From: Fidelibacterota bacterium
GTDB lineage: Bacteria > Fidelibacterota > UBA8477 > JABMPR01
Length of the DNA: 30,100 nt
NCBI GenBank assembly: GCA_030596225.1
Contig: JAUVKO010000001.1
Location: 1-30,100 of the forward strand
Direction of reading: 5' to 3'
Below are positions 1 to 9,909 of this stretch, piece after piece. Below the pieces are notes generated by a model. It did no database searches. It saw only the letters and a list, made by a program, of their open reading frames with translations, and had not been told where the DNA came from. The position numbers and the translations under genes were made by a program. Numbering within the stretch: position 1 is the stretch's first letter; each line of letters starts with the position of its first letter.

Positions 1-94
1 GACCGTCACCGGCCTGTGCGAATATAGGATTGGAAAATGCAAACACACTTAAGGCTGTGATCATCATCATTCCTGTTAAGAGTTGCTTTTTCAT
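1..94 (-). CDS. 5' end of a secreted protein (partial, runs off the window edge; not in ORF track)
   Basis: Manual translation gives MKKQLLTGMMMITALSVFAFSNPIFAQAGDG...: basic N-terminus, hydrophobic core and an IFA/Q Sec cleavage motif. AAAAGGAG RBS at reverse complement of 103-110. Confidence 0.75.
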   Translation of the reverse strand, partial: MKKQLLTGMMMITALSVFAFSNPIFAQAGDG

Positions 95-374
95 TATCAT
101 GTCTCCTTTTCATATTTATGTTATGTTCTCAAAAAAGCTGCTCCCTTTACTCCAATACCTGTGCCATTTCTATCAGAAATCATCATTCCATCCTGTTACA
201 TATTGTTTCTATAGGGTTTACTGGTGAGTTATTTGATATTTATGGAATCAAAATATTAATATTGACTCGACAAAGCACGTTGATTTCGACGTAATTGTCG
301 AAAAATTAGATGCAAAATAGGATTAACCTAAAGGCTACAATTATAATATTGATGCCACCGTAAAAAGTCCCTCT

Positions 375-407
375 CGCCCGCCTGCGTATAACTTCGTGCG
401 GGCAGGC
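375..407. repeat. REP-like imperfect palindrome
   Basis: GCCCGC(376-381)...GCGGGC(398-403) stem. The minus strand reads CGAAG-ttata-CGCAG inside, the same bulged motif as the hairpins at 17301, 26428 and 28280. Confidence 0.55.
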
Positions 408-552
408 AGAGATCGCAGAGCAATGTATTGAGCTGGTCGAAATGACGCAAAGTGTTGATATTTATGAATATAGCGCATCATATCGTATGTGGTTGTTAAT
501 AATGATGTTAGGTTGTTTTTCATTGTTTCTCAGTTACTTTTTGCGAATTCGT

Positions 553-661
553 CAATCTTTAAATTTTAAGCATAGCTTGAGCTATGGTTGAAATTTTAAG
601 AGCAGTAAAACTGGAAAAGATGAAGAATGCATAGATTGTTTTGAGGTGTAATTGGTATAAA
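553..661 (-). mobile_element. Truncated MITE-like element copy (one terminal inverted repeat)
   Basis: Reverse complement of 16937-17045 with 3 mismatches in 109 bp. Ends ...AATTGGTA followed by TAA. The second terminal repeat is not found at the expected position near 500. Confidence 0.7.
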
Positions 662-666
662 TCAGC

Positions 667-683
667 GTGGGCAATTAACCCAC
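667..683. promoter_or_regulatory. Distal palindromic operator-like box GTGGGCAATTAACCCAC
   Basis: Perfect 5-bp arms. Matches consensus GTGGGYAATTAWCCC shared with 862-878 and 893-909. Confidence 0.5.
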
Positions 684-854
684 TTTGATATTCGGTCACA
701 CATAGAGCAATAATACGATCACAAATAATGCAAAGCCTATGTTGTTGTTTCTATAGACTATATCCATAGTTATCACTTAGCCATCTCCTTACTCTCCAAG
801 CAACACATACCATACTGTTCCTTATTACACATATATATGATTTTATTATTTTTC

Positions 855-882
855 TTGATTTGTGGGTAATTATCCCTAATTT
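855..882 (+). promoter_or_regulatory. Putative sigma70 promoter of dcw operon
   Basis: TTGATT (855-860), 16-bp spacer, TAATTT (877-882), about 50 bp upstream of the mraZ ATG. An operator-like box fills the spacer. Confidence 0.45.
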
Positions 883-909
883 AGGGACGATAGTGGGTAA
901 TTATCCCTA
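862..909 (+). promoter_or_regulatory. Two identical 17-bp boxes GTGGGTAATTATCCCTA, probable MraZ autoregulatory operator
   Basis: Exact direct repeat at 862-878 and 893-909 (31-bp period) with TAGGG at 882. MraZ is known to bind (G)TGGG-type repeats at its own promoter. Confidence 0.65.
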
Positions 910-933
910 CTGTCTTTAATACTGAAACGGGAA

Positions 934-1395
934 ATGGGAACTAAAACATTTACAGGTGAATTTCGTTATTCAATTGATGCAAAAGGTCGGGTGAATATTC
1001 CTGCGAAATTCAGAAAAGCGTTACCGGAGACCAGTGAGGATACTTTCGTGGTAACACGAGGTCTTGATGAGAACATCGCGGCCTACTCATTGGACAAGTG
1101 GCAAAAGATTGAGGAAGAATTGCTGAAGCTATCTTCCAAACTGCCTAATCATCGCGCATACAAGCGTCAGGCAACTCGTTTCGCCACTCCTCTCAAATTC
1201 GACAGTCAGGGTCGCGTTGCGATTCCGGCCAATCTTCTGCAGTTTGCAGGGATTGAAAAAGAAGTCGTGATCATTGGAATGATCGACGAGATCGAAATTT
1301 GGGATCCGCAGATATTAAAACGTTATGAGGAAACTGAGTTTCAACTTGATGCTGAGGATATTGAAGCTATTGACAATTATACCAATTCGTCGTGA
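934..1395 (+). CDS. mraZ: Division/cell wall cluster transcriptional repressor MraZ
   Basis: FTGEFRYSIDAKGRVNIP and DSQGRVAIP double AbrB-fold motifs, IGMIDEIEIW. First gene of the cluster. Confidence 0.97.
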   Translation: MGTKTFTGEFRYSIDAKGRVNIPAKFRKALPETSEDTFVVTRGLDENIAAYSLDKWQKIEEELLKLSSKLPNHRAYKRQATRFATPLKFDSQGRVAIPANLLQFAGIEKEVVIIGMIDEIEIWDPQILKRYEETEFQLDAEDIEAIDNYTNSS

Positions 1396-2342
1396 GTCAG
1401 GTAATCCAGCCGCAATTTCGTCACACACCGGTTTTGGTGGACGAAGTATGCACGCTGCTGATTAACGACCTATCCGGTATCTATGTAGATGGCACTTTCG
1501 GTCTCGGGGGACACACAAAAGCTCTCTCCTCACTGCTAAATGATGATGCTACACTGATTGGTATTGATCAAGATCAATCAGCCCTTGCACAATTCATTCC
1601 TACCCTAGTACAGCAACCCTTGCACCTGGTGTGCACGAACTTTGAGAATTTGGATCAGGTCCTAGCCGACCTGAAGATCAATAAAGTTCATGGGATCCTT
1701 CTGGATCTCGGGCTGAATTCTTTCTCTCTGGATGATCCGGAGCGCGGATTCGCTTTCAGTCTGCAGGGTCCCCTTGATATGCGTTTTGACAGATCAAATG
1801 AACTGACGGCCGAGATAGTGGTAAACAACTATTCTCAGGAAAAACTGGCAGATATCATTTTTCGTTATGGAGAAGAGAGGAATAGTCGCCGAATAGCGCG
1901 TAGAATTGTGGAAATGAGGACAAATAAAAGATTAACACAAAGTGATGACCTGAAATTGGCCGTCATTAAGAGTGTGGATCCTCGCTTCCGAACCAAATCT
2001 CTCGCGCGAGTCTTTCAGGCATTCCGCATCGAAGTCAACCGTGAGATGGAAGTGCTGTCAAATGTATTATATAGTGCCATTCGTGTCCTGGTTCCCGGTG
2101 GACGCCTGGCCGTGATAAGCTACCATTCACTGGAAGACCGCATGGTTAAAACTCACTTCCGTGACCTCTCACAGAACATCCCCAGACAACCCGGTATGAT
2201 TGATGAAGAGATCAGGATCCCTTTGCTTAAACGGATAACCGGCAAACCAATAATTGCCAGTCAGACAGAAGCTGCTGAAAATCCCCGGGCACGCAGCGCC
2301 AAACTGCGGGTAGCCGAAAGAACCATCCATGCGACGGAATGA
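1392..2342 (+). CDS. rsmH: 16S rRNA (cytosine1402-N4)-methyltransferase RsmH
   Basis: HTPVL, DGTFGLGGH, DLGLNS, GPLDMR, ISYHSLEDR, NPRARSAKLR motifs. 4-bp overlap with mraZ. Confidence 0.97.
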   Translation: MSQVIQPQFRHTPVLVDEVCTLLINDLSGIYVDGTFGLGGHTKALSSLLNDDATLIGIDQDQSALAQFIPTLVQQPLHLVCTNFENLDQVLADLKINKVHGILLDLGLNSFSLDDPERGFAFSLQGPLDMRFDRSNELTAEIVVNNYSQEKLADIIFRYGEERNSRRIARRIVEMRTNKRLTQSDDLKLAVIKSVDPRFRTKSLARVFQAFRIEVNREMEVLSNVLYSAIRVLVPGGRLAVISYHSLEDRMVKTHFRDLSQNIPRQPGMIDEEIRIPLLKRITGKPIIASQTEAAENPRARSAKLRVAERTIHATE

Positions 2343-2628
2343 GACCCGACGTGAGATTTTGAAAACCATCCTCTACATCGGGATGGTTCCGGTGGTTGCC
2401 GGTCTCCTTTTCCTGTATGTCTGGTTGGGAGAAGAAGTAAGAGCCAGCGCTATTAAACTGGATTCTCTAAAGGCCCGTGAAATCAAGCTCCGTGGTGAAT
2501 ATAATTTAGTCCAAAGTGAAAGAAATCGCCTCCATCGTCCTGATAACCTATCCAGACTTGCCCGTGAAAACCTCGGCTTGATCCAGCCTGATCCGGAAAC
2601 CCGTGAAATAAGGGTTCGCCTGAAATGA
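2329..2628 (+). CDS. ftsL: Cell division protein FtsL-like
   Basis: Short protein with one TM helix then a coiled-coil and LARENLGL motif, located between rsmH and ftsI. Confidence 0.8.
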   Translation: MRRNETRREILKTILYIGMVPVVAGLLFLYVWLGEEVRASAIKLDSLKAREIKLRGEYNLVQSERNRLHRPDNLSRLARENLGLIQPDPETREIRVRLK

Positions 2629-4598
2629 GCATGACCTATAGAAAATTTCGGGGTCGCTATATCATCGTGGTCTTTAGCTCTATCCTGATCTGGACCATGC
2701 TGGTCTTTCGGATGTTCTTTATTCAGGTCATCGACGCGGAGAGCCTGGGCACTGCTATCGAATCCCGGTTTGAAGACAAGATCGCCATTTCGCCATTGCG
2801 GGGAAATTTTTATGACCGCAATGGGAAAAAGCTGACAGACAATATCGAGCACTACACTTTTGCAGCACGGCCAAAGCTGGTTAAAGATAAAGATGCTGTT
2901 GCTCGCTTATTCAGCAAGATTTTCAATAAATCCAAAAGCTATTATCTAAACCGTTTGAACTCAAACAATTCGTTTGTCTACCTTGAGCGTAATGTCAACC
3001 CCCTGCTTGGTCGTGAGCTGGGTCAAAGTCTTCTTCCCGTCGGTGTTCAGGTAGAATCAGATGTTCGCCGATATTACCCCTACGGTGATGTTGCCGCTCC
3101 TCTGGTAGGCTTCGTTGGTACCGAGAATCATGGCTTATCAGGTTTGGAAGCTCATTATGACCACCAACTTGCCGGAATCGTCGGCTGGAAAGAGATGGGG
3201 TCAGATGGACAGGGCAACACCAGGATCAGAGGTGATTTCCGAGAACAAAAACCGATTAATGGTGATGATTGTCATCTTACTATTGATATAGATATACAAG
3301 TTATTATTGAAGAAGAATTAAGATCTGCCGTTGAGAAGCATAAGGCAGACAAGGCCATGGCCGTTTTGGTTGACCCCAATACAGGAGAAGTTCTGGCCCT
3401 GGCGAATTTACCGGCTTTCGATCCAAATTCACGCTCAAACCTGACCCAGGAGTCTCTTACCTCCCACCCCATTATGTCAGCTTTCGAACCTGGGTCAACC
3501 TTTAAGGTGATTGGTGCAACGGCTCTTCTCGAGGCCAATAAAGTTCACCCAATGGATGTCTTCTTTTGTGAAAATGGAAAATATTCAACCCATGGCATTA
3601 ATATTAAGGACTGGCGTTCTTTTGAGAATCTAACTTTTTCAGAAGTTCTCCAGAATTCCTCCAATATCGGCATCATCAAGGCTATGGATAATATTGATGA
3701 TGCAAAATTATTCAGTACAGCTAGAAAATTTGGCTTCAGTGAAAAAAGTGGTATTCAGTTTCCCTATGAGAATAGTGGATCTCTGAAAAACAGCAAATAC
3801 TGGTCAGCCGTTTCCAAATCTGAGATCTCTATTGGTTATGAGGTCTCAGTTACAAGTCTTCAACTGGCCATGGCATATTCTGCTATCGGCAATGGCGGTG
3901 TCCTGCTAAAACCACAGTTGATCGATAAATTCAGAACTCCAGGTGGCTATGAACAGCAAGTAGATCGTATGGATGCCATTCGTCGGGTAGCCTCTGAAAA
4001 TACAATGCACACTTTGGCGAATATCCTTGAAAAGGCTGTATCACAGGGCACCGGGTCTCATGCATTTTTACCAAATCTTAGAATTGCCGGTAAAACCGGC
4101 ACGGCTAAAAAACTAAAGAACGGGAAATACGTCAGTGAATATGTAGCCTCTTTTGCAAGCTTCTATCCCGTCAACGACCCTGAGTACGCATTAATCGTTG
4201 TGGTTGATCACCCCAGAACCAATGGTTATACCGGCGGCATGGTGGCAGCTCCTGTGGCCAAAGAGATCTACCGACGAATTTATAATCTCCGTGGTCATGC
4301 TCCGGAGCCATACATTCAGTCAGCTTCATCACTGGATCCTGAGTGCAAAGAAGTTCGACGCAAGAGTTCACTGCAAGGCCATTTGCTAAGTTCAGCAATG
4401 CCCGTCATGAGAGTTAATTCTGAACAATTAAATATGCCTGATCTTATGGGAATGAGTTTAAAAATGAGTTTATCCGGACTCTATGCCATGGGACTCAAAC
4501 CAATTTCCCACGGCAGTGGTCGTGTAATTCGACAAGTGCCAACAGCCGGAAAAGCACTTAAAGCAGGTCAAATAATAGAAATCTATCTGGGTGATTGA
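2625..4598 (+). CDS. ftsI: Septal peptidoglycan transpeptidase FtsI/PBP3 with C-terminal PASTA domain
   Basis: N-terminal TM, RGNFYDRNG, RYYP, active-site EPGSTFK, SSN and KTG motifs. C-terminal MPDLMGMSL...GSGRVIRQ PASTA-like domain. Confidence 0.95.
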   Translation: MSMTYRKFRGRYIIVVFSSILIWTMLVFRMFFIQVIDAESLGTAIESRFEDKIAISPLRGNFYDRNGKKLTDNIEHYTFAARPKLVKDKDAVARLFSKIFNKSKSYYLNRLNSNNSFVYLERNVNPLLGRELGQSLLPVGVQVESDVRRYYPYGDVAAPLVGFVGTENHGLSGLEAHYDHQLAGIVGWKEMGSDGQGNTRIRGDFREQKPINGDDCHLTIDIDIQVIIEEELRSAVEKHKADKAMAVLVDPNTGEVLALANLPAFDPNSRSNLTQESLTSHPIMSAFEPGSTFKVIGATALLEANKVHPMDVFFCENGKYSTHGINIKDWRSFENLTFSEVLQNSSNIGIIKAMDNIDDAKLFSTARKFGFSEKSGIQFPYENSGSLKNSKYWSAVSKSEISIGYEVSVTSLQLAMAYSAIGNGGVLLKPQLIDKFRTPGGYEQQVDRMDAIRRVASENTMHTLANILEKAVSQGTGSHAFLPNLRIAGKTGTAKKLKNGKYVSEYVASFASFYPVNDPEYALIVVVDHPRTNGYTGGMVAAPVAKEIYRRIYNLRGHAPEPYIQSASSLDPECKEVRRKSSLQGHLLSSAMPVMRVNSEQLNMPDLMGMSLKMSLSGLYAMGLKPISHGSGRVIRQVPTAGKALKAGQIIEIYLGD

Positions 4599-6070
4599 TG
4601 AAGCTGCCGGAAATCATAAATAATATTCCAGAACTTGTGAAGATCGCGGGCGATCTGAATCGTGAGATCAGCTCAATGACTCACGATTCGCGTCGTGTGG
4701 GTCCTGATTGCCTTTTCATTGCAGTTCGAGGTCTGATCACTGACGGACACAACTTTATCGACCTGGCCATTAAAACAGGTGCTCTTGCAATTGTGTATGA
4801 TCGTCCTGAGATAACTATACCTGAACATCTTACTGCAATTCTTGTCCAGGATTCACGACAAGCACTCCCTTTACTGGCTGGAAATTTCTATCAGCACCCT
4901 GAGCGGAGTCTCACGCTTATTGGCATCACAGGCACCAATGGCAAGACCACCAGTAATTACTTTTTACAACATTTATTAATGGCCGGAGGCACAAAAACGG
5001 GCCGGGTTGGAACTACAGGTGCTGCCTTGGAAGCTCTGGAAATTGATTTGATCCATACAACACCTGAAGCCAGTGACCTCTACAAACTATTAAGCACTTT
5101 CGTAGAACATGGCGCAGCAGCAGCAACACTGGAGGTGTCCTCACATGCACTTTCTCAGGGTCGAGTGGATGGTCTGACCTTTCAAGCGGCTATCTTTTCT
5201 AACCTGACCCAGGACCATTTGGATTATCATCAATCATTTGATGAATATTTAAAAGCAAAGCAGCTACTCTTCAAAGGCCTAAGCCATGAGGCCGTGGCGC
5301 TTGTTAACATAGATGACCCCAGTTCTGAGGATATGATTGCCGGCTGCCGGGCCAGGATCATACGTTATGGGTTCCATTCCGCAGCTGATTACCGTATTGA
5401 TAAACATAGTGCCAACGAAAACGGAATAGAGCTGCAGGTCAAAACCCCCCGTGAATCTGTAACAGTCCAGGTAAATACAGTCGGAACATTTAATATTTAC
5501 AATTTTCTGAGTGCTTTTGCCACCGCTCTGGAGTTAGGATGCCAACTTGATCCGATCGTAAAGGCTGCTCAAACCCTCCCCTGCGTACCGGGACGTCTTG
5601 AAAAAATGAACAACAAAGCTCCCTTTAAAGTCTTTGTTGATTACGCCCATACGCCGGATGCCATGAAAACAGTGCTTCAGACACTTGCAGAAGCTTATCC
5701 TGATAACCGACTCATCACGGTTTTTGGTTGTGGTGGAGATCGAGACCAGGGAAAACGCGCTATTATGGGCGATATAGCCACTCAGCTCTCAACCCAAAGT
5801 ATCATTACAGACGACAATCCACGCACTGAAGCATCCATGGCCATTATCGATGCCATTGTTGTGGGCTGTAAGGATCGTAATAATTATAAGATAATCCAGG
5901 ATCGAAGCACTGCAGTGAAAACCGCCTTAATAGAAGCTGAGCAGGGTGATATAGTGGCCATACTGGGCAAGGGACATGAACCCTACCAGGAGATCATGGG
6001 TGAACGCAAACCTTATAGTGATATGGACATTGTAAAACAATTCATGGAGCAACATGGCTATTCTGCATAA
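4595..6070 (+). CDS. murE: UDP-MurNAc-L-Ala-D-Glu--meso-diaminopimelate ligase
   Basis: GITGTNGKTT, EVSSH, NLTQDHLDYH, DYAHTPD, and the DNPR motif associated with meso-DAP specificity. Confidence 0.96.
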   Translation: MMKLPEIINNIPELVKIAGDLNREISSMTHDSRRVGPDCLFIAVRGLITDGHNFIDLAIKTGALAIVYDRPEITIPEHLTAILVQDSRQALPLLAGNFYQHPERSLTLIGITGTNGKTTSNYFLQHLLMAGGTKTGRVGTTGAALEALEIDLIHTTPEASDLYKLLSTFVEHGAAAATLEVSSHALSQGRVDGLTFQAAIFSNLTQDHLDYHQSFDEYLKAKQLLFKGLSHEAVALVNIDDPSSEDMIAGCRARIIRYGFHSAADYRIDKHSANENGIELQVKTPRESVTVQVNTVGTFNIYNFLSAFATALELGCQLDPIVKAAQTLPCVPGRLEKMNNKAPFKVFVDYAHTPDAMKTVLQTLAEAYPDNRLITVFGCGGDRDQGKRAIMGDIATQLSTQSIITDDNPRTEASMAIIDAIVVGCKDRNNYKIIQDRSTAVKTALIEAEQGDIVAILGKGHEPYQEIMGERKPYSDMDIVKQFMEQHGYSA

Positions 6071-7421
6071 GACCATTACAGCGCTCCCTGATATTAAGAT
6101 CAAGGGAGATTTTAACGCTCCCATTAGCGGTGTCAGTATTGATACCCGAAGCTTAAATGCCGGAGAACTCTTCGTTGCATTTATTGGTGCCCAAGTGGAC
6201 GGTCATGACTTTATTCCAAAAGCCATTTCCCGTGGCGCTTCAGCTGTCATGGCCTCCACTTCATGGGACGGATGTAAGAATTGGGAAGCTCACATCCCGC
6301 TGATAATGACAGATGATCCGGAAAAAACACTGGCTATCCTGGCAAGTGCTCACCGAAAACGTTTCGAATTACCACTTATAGCCATCACCGGGACCAATGG
6401 AAAAACTTCTACCAAGAATCTGCTGGCTCATATACTAGGTCAGCGATTTACACTTTTAAATACAAAAGGTAATCTCAATAATCACATTGGTTTACCAATG
6501 ACCATCCTCAATCTTGATGAATCTCACGAGATTGCTGTGATCGAAATGGGAGCCAGCCAAAAGGGTGATATTAAATACCTGTGTGACATTGCCCAACCAA
6601 CTCAGGGCCTGATCACCAATATCAGTTTAGCCCATACAGAGTTTTTCCACGATATAGAGACTATCCAGGCTACGAAAGGGGAACTGTTCGACTATCTCTG
6701 CGAGCATGGCGGACGAGCATTTATCAATATTGATGATGATCGTGTTGAACAATTGGCTCAAAGCTGCCTTAATCCGATCACTTTCGGTTTTAGTAAGATA
6801 AGGGAAAGAGCCTATAGTATGACTGGTCCGGATGAAGGTGGCTGTTATGACCTTTATTTTGAAAAATATCAAATCCACCTGGATCAACCCGGAAAAGCAA
6901 TGGCGTTGAATGCTGCTGCTGCCGCAACGATCGCTCTGCATAACGGAATTCGTTATGATCAATTAAAGGATGCCCTGGAAGATTATTCCGGTGAAGACGG
7001 ACGTATGCAGCACCTGGTCATTGGTGATGTTGATTTCTACAACGATGCCTATAACGCCAACCCTGCCAGCACCAAATCCGGATTTGAAACCATGGCTGAA
7101 ATGGATTCATCCGGCCGCAAGATCCTGATCTTTGCTGATATGCTCGAGTTAGGTGCTCAAAGCCAGGCTCTCCATCTGACTGCTGCAAAACAAATGATAA
7201 GCGCGGGTTTTGACCATGTTATCCTCGTTGGCAGCGAAGTTCTTTCTAGCGCGCATCATCTTGAAGAACAAGGATTTACATCATTTTTTCATAGTACCGA
7301 CAGCACTGCGGCAATTCAGCACTTTTTAAGCGACATATCTGCAGGAGACCTGGTCTACTTAAAAGGCTCACGAGGTATGCAGCTGGAAGCTTTTATCAAC
7401 GCATATAAGGAACAGAACTAA
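6054..7421 (+). CDS. murF: UDP-MurNAc-tripeptide--D-Ala-D-Ala ligase
   Basis: IDTRS, AITGTNGKTSTK, NNHIGLP, EMGAS, DAYNANP, KGSRGM motifs. Confidence 0.96.
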   Translation: MAILHKTITALPDIKIKGDFNAPISGVSIDTRSLNAGELFVAFIGAQVDGHDFIPKAISRGASAVMASTSWDGCKNWEAHIPLIMTDDPEKTLAILASAHRKRFELPLIAITGTNGKTSTKNLLAHILGQRFTLLNTKGNLNNHIGLPMTILNLDESHEIAVIEMGASQKGDIKYLCDIAQPTQGLITNISLAHTEFFHDIETIQATKGELFDYLCEHGGRAFINIDDDRVEQLAQSCLNPITFGFSKIRERAYSMTGPDEGGCYDLYFEKYQIHLDQPGKAMALNAAAAATIALHNGIRYDQLKDALEDYSGEDGRMQHLVIGDVDFYNDAYNANPASTKSGFETMAEMDSSGRKILIFADMLELGAQSQALHLTAAKQMISAGFDHVILVGSEVLSSAHHLEEQGFTSFFHSTDSTAAIQHFLSDISAGDLVYLKGSRGMQLEAFINAYKEQN

Positions 7422-8530
7422 TGCTATATCATCTGCTGCTTCCATTTCAGGAGTATTTCTCAGCGTTGAACATCATTCGCTACATTTCTTTTCGTTCTGC
7501 AAGTGCCGCGATCACAGCCGTTTTATTCTCTTTTATTGTGGGTCCCTGGATCATTCGCAAACTGCAGGCGCTGCAGATAGGGGAAACGATTCGAACAAGC
7601 GGTCCTGAATCTCATGCTGCCAAAGCGGGTACCCCCACTATGGGCGGGGTCATTATCCTCGGTGCCATACTTGTTCCGACTCTGCTCTTTGGACGACTGG
7701 ATAATATTTACATCCAGATGATGATAGTATCTGTGCTTTGGATGGGAATCGTCGGATTTATAGATGATTATCTCAAAACAGTAAAAAAATCCAAGAAGGG
7801 ACTGATCGCTCGTTATAAACTTTTAGGACAGATCTCTCTGGGTTTGCTCCTTGGTGCGGTCATGCTCCTTCATCCTGAATTCGAAGAAGTTCGTACATCA
7901 ACCACCCTGCCCTTTTTCAAAGATCTGATAATCGACCTGAGAACAGGGTGGATCTATATCCCATTTGTTATTTTTGTGATCACTGCCACATCAAATTCCG
8001 TGAATTTGAGTGATGGTCTGGATGGTCTTGCCTCCGGACTCATGGCTATTGCTGCTTTGGTCTTTGCGGGCATTGCCTATATCACCGGTCGTGCCGATTT
8101 CAGTCAATATTTAAACATTATATATCTCCCTAGTGCAGGAGAGCTCACTGTCTTTTGTGCGGCACTCATTGGAGCTTCGCTTGGTTTTCTCTGGTTTAAC
8201 GCCCGACCTGCAGAGGTCTTTATGGGCGATACCGGATCGCTGGCTCTGGGAGCCGCACTTGGGGCGGTGGCAGTCATGTTGAAAAAGGAATTCCTACGTC
8301 CCTTTGCAGGGGGTGTTTTCATTCTGGAATCCCTTTCCGTGATCATCCAGGTGCGCTATTTCAAATACACTAAAAAGAAGTATGGAGAAGGGCGGCGAAT
8401 TTTCCGCATGACTCCGATCCACCATCATTTTGAACTCAAAGGTTGGGACGAGAATAAGGTCGTGATCCGCTTCTGGATCCTGGGTATCCTGTTCGCTCTC
8501 CTCACTTTTACAACTTTCAAGATCAGATAA
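7421..8530 (+). CDS. mraY: Phospho-N-acetylmuramoyl-pentapeptide transferase
   Basis: KAGTPTMGG, GFIDDY, NSVNLSDGLDGLA, FMGDTGSL, PIHHHFE motifs. Multi-pass membrane protein. Confidence 0.97.
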   Translation: MLYHLLLPFQEYFSALNIIRYISFRSASAAITAVLFSFIVGPWIIRKLQALQIGETIRTSGPESHAAKAGTPTMGGVIILGAILVPTLLFGRLDNIYIQMMIVSVLWMGIVGFIDDYLKTVKKSKKGLIARYKLLGQISLGLLLGAVMLLHPEFEEVRTSTTLPFFKDLIIDLRTGWIYIPFVIFVITATSNSVNLSDGLDGLASGLMAIAALVFAGIAYITGRADFSQYLNIIYLPSAGELTVFCAALIGASLGFLWFNARPAEVFMGDTGSLALGAALGAVAVMLKKEFLRPFAGGVFILESLSVIIQVRYFKYTKKKYGEGRRIFRMTPIHHHFELKGWDENKVVIRFWILGILFALLTFTTFKIR

Positions 8531-8532
8531 TT

Positions 8533-9909
8533 GTGAGCAGGTCTAAAGTAAAAGATAAAAAAGTAACCGTCTTGGGCAGCCAACGCTCAGGAATGGGAGC
8601 AGCTCGTTTATTAAGCCATTTTGGCGCAAAAGTCCTGCTGAGCGAACTGAATGCAGATCAATTCAATGCTGAGAAACGTCAAATCATGGCTGATATCGGG
8701 GCTGAATTTGAATTTGGCTATCACTCACCGGATGTGTTGGAAAGTGATTTTGTGGTTGTGAGTCCCGGAATTCCTGAAAACGTTGACATTATTAAGAAAC
8801 TTCGTGAGCAGGACATCCCCATTTATTCTGAGATCGAAGTGACCTCCTGGTTCATTGATGCACCTATTATCGCCGTCACAGGGTCAAATGGAAAAACAAC
8901 TACTGTGAATCTGATCCACCACCTGCTGCAAACAGCCGGATATGACAGCTTTCTGGGTGGTAATGTTGGTGTTGCCGCCTCTGAGATCTTATTGGACAGC
9001 CTCCAGAAAGCTCCCAAAAAGCCGATCTTTGTACTTGAGGTCAGTAGTTTTCAACTGGACAACATCAATAGTTTCAAACCTCAGGTTGCCGTTATCCTGA
9101 ATCTGACTCCGGATCACCTGGATCGATATCCAAGCCTGGATGCCTACTATGAATCAAAACTAGAGATTTTCAGGAATCTCGATGAAAATTGTGTTGCCGT
9201 TATTAACCGTGATGACCCTGAATTAACGCGTCGGGATATTTTTGCTGACCATAAACGCTTTTTCGCTGTCAACAGTCAGAATGGGGCTGATGCGATGCTG
9301 GCAGAAGGTGTTTTGGGAATAATGAATGCAAGTGGCTGGAATCCTATCCTGCCGGCAAAGGCGCTCCCCATCCCCGGTCGACATAATCTTAGCAATGCGC
9401 TTGCTGCCATAGCTGCAGTGATGGATTATATCCCGGAACCGGAAGTGCTTGCCCAGGGTCTCATGACTTTTTCTGCAGTTCCTCATCGCATTGAGTATGT
9501 AGGTAAAATTAATGGAATTGCCTGCTACAACGATTCTAAAGCCACTAATATTGCCTCCACTGAAGTGGCGATCCACAGCTTTTCTAAACCACTGTGGTTG
9601 ATCCTCGGGGGAAAAGATAAAGGTGGAGATTTCACAACACTGCTTCCTCTGTTGGAAGAACATATAAGAGAGGTCCTGTTGGTTGGTGCAGCAACAGACA
9701 TCATAGAGACCCAGATCGGGCGTTCACTGCCCACTCGCAAGCTGGAAACTATCAGCAGCGCTATCGATCATTGTATTAAGCATGGAAAAGAGGGAGATGT
9801 ATTATTGCTCTCACCGGCCTGCGCCAGTTTTGATCAATTCGACAATTTTGAGGTTCGTGGTGATCACTTCCGTTCACTTATCCAGAACTGGGAAGGTTGG
9901 TCAATGTGA
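8533..9909 (+). CDS. murD: UDP-MurNAc-L-Ala--D-glutamate ligase
   Basis: VSPGI, AVTGSNGKTT, EVSSFQL, DHLDRY, NDSKATN, SPACASFDQF motifs. GTG start. Confidence 0.97.
   Translation: MSRSKVKDKKVTVLGSQRSGMGAARLLSHFGAKVLLSELNADQFNAEKRQIMADIGAEFEFGYHSPDVLESDFVVVSPGIPENVDIIKKLREQDIPIYSEIEVTSWFIDAPIIAVTGSNGKTTTVNLIHHLLQTAGYDSFLGGNVGVAASEILLDSLQKAPKKPIFVLEVSSFQLDNINSFKPQVAVILNLTPDHLDRYPSLDAYYESKLEIFRNLDENCVAVINRDDPELTRRDIFADHKRFFAVNSQNGADAMLAEGVLGIMNASGWNPILPAKALPIPGRHNLSNALAAIAAVMDYIPEPEVLAQGLMTFSAVPHRIEYVGKINGIACYNDSKATNIASTEVAIHSFSKPLWLILGGKDKGGDFTTLLPLLEEHIREVLLVGAATDIIETQIGRSLPTRKLETISSAIDHCIKHGKEGDVLLLSPACASFDQFDNFEVRGDHFRSLIQNWEGWSM

Noticed and set aside
30-227. 65-aa + strand ORF
   Set aside because: It lies antisense to the better-supported partial secreted-protein gene (1-94, minus) and has no RBS or motif.
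341-523. 60-aa minus-strand ORF
   Set aside because: It reads through the REP-like hairpin (LPARTKLYAGG) and has no RBS or homology cue; likely spurious.
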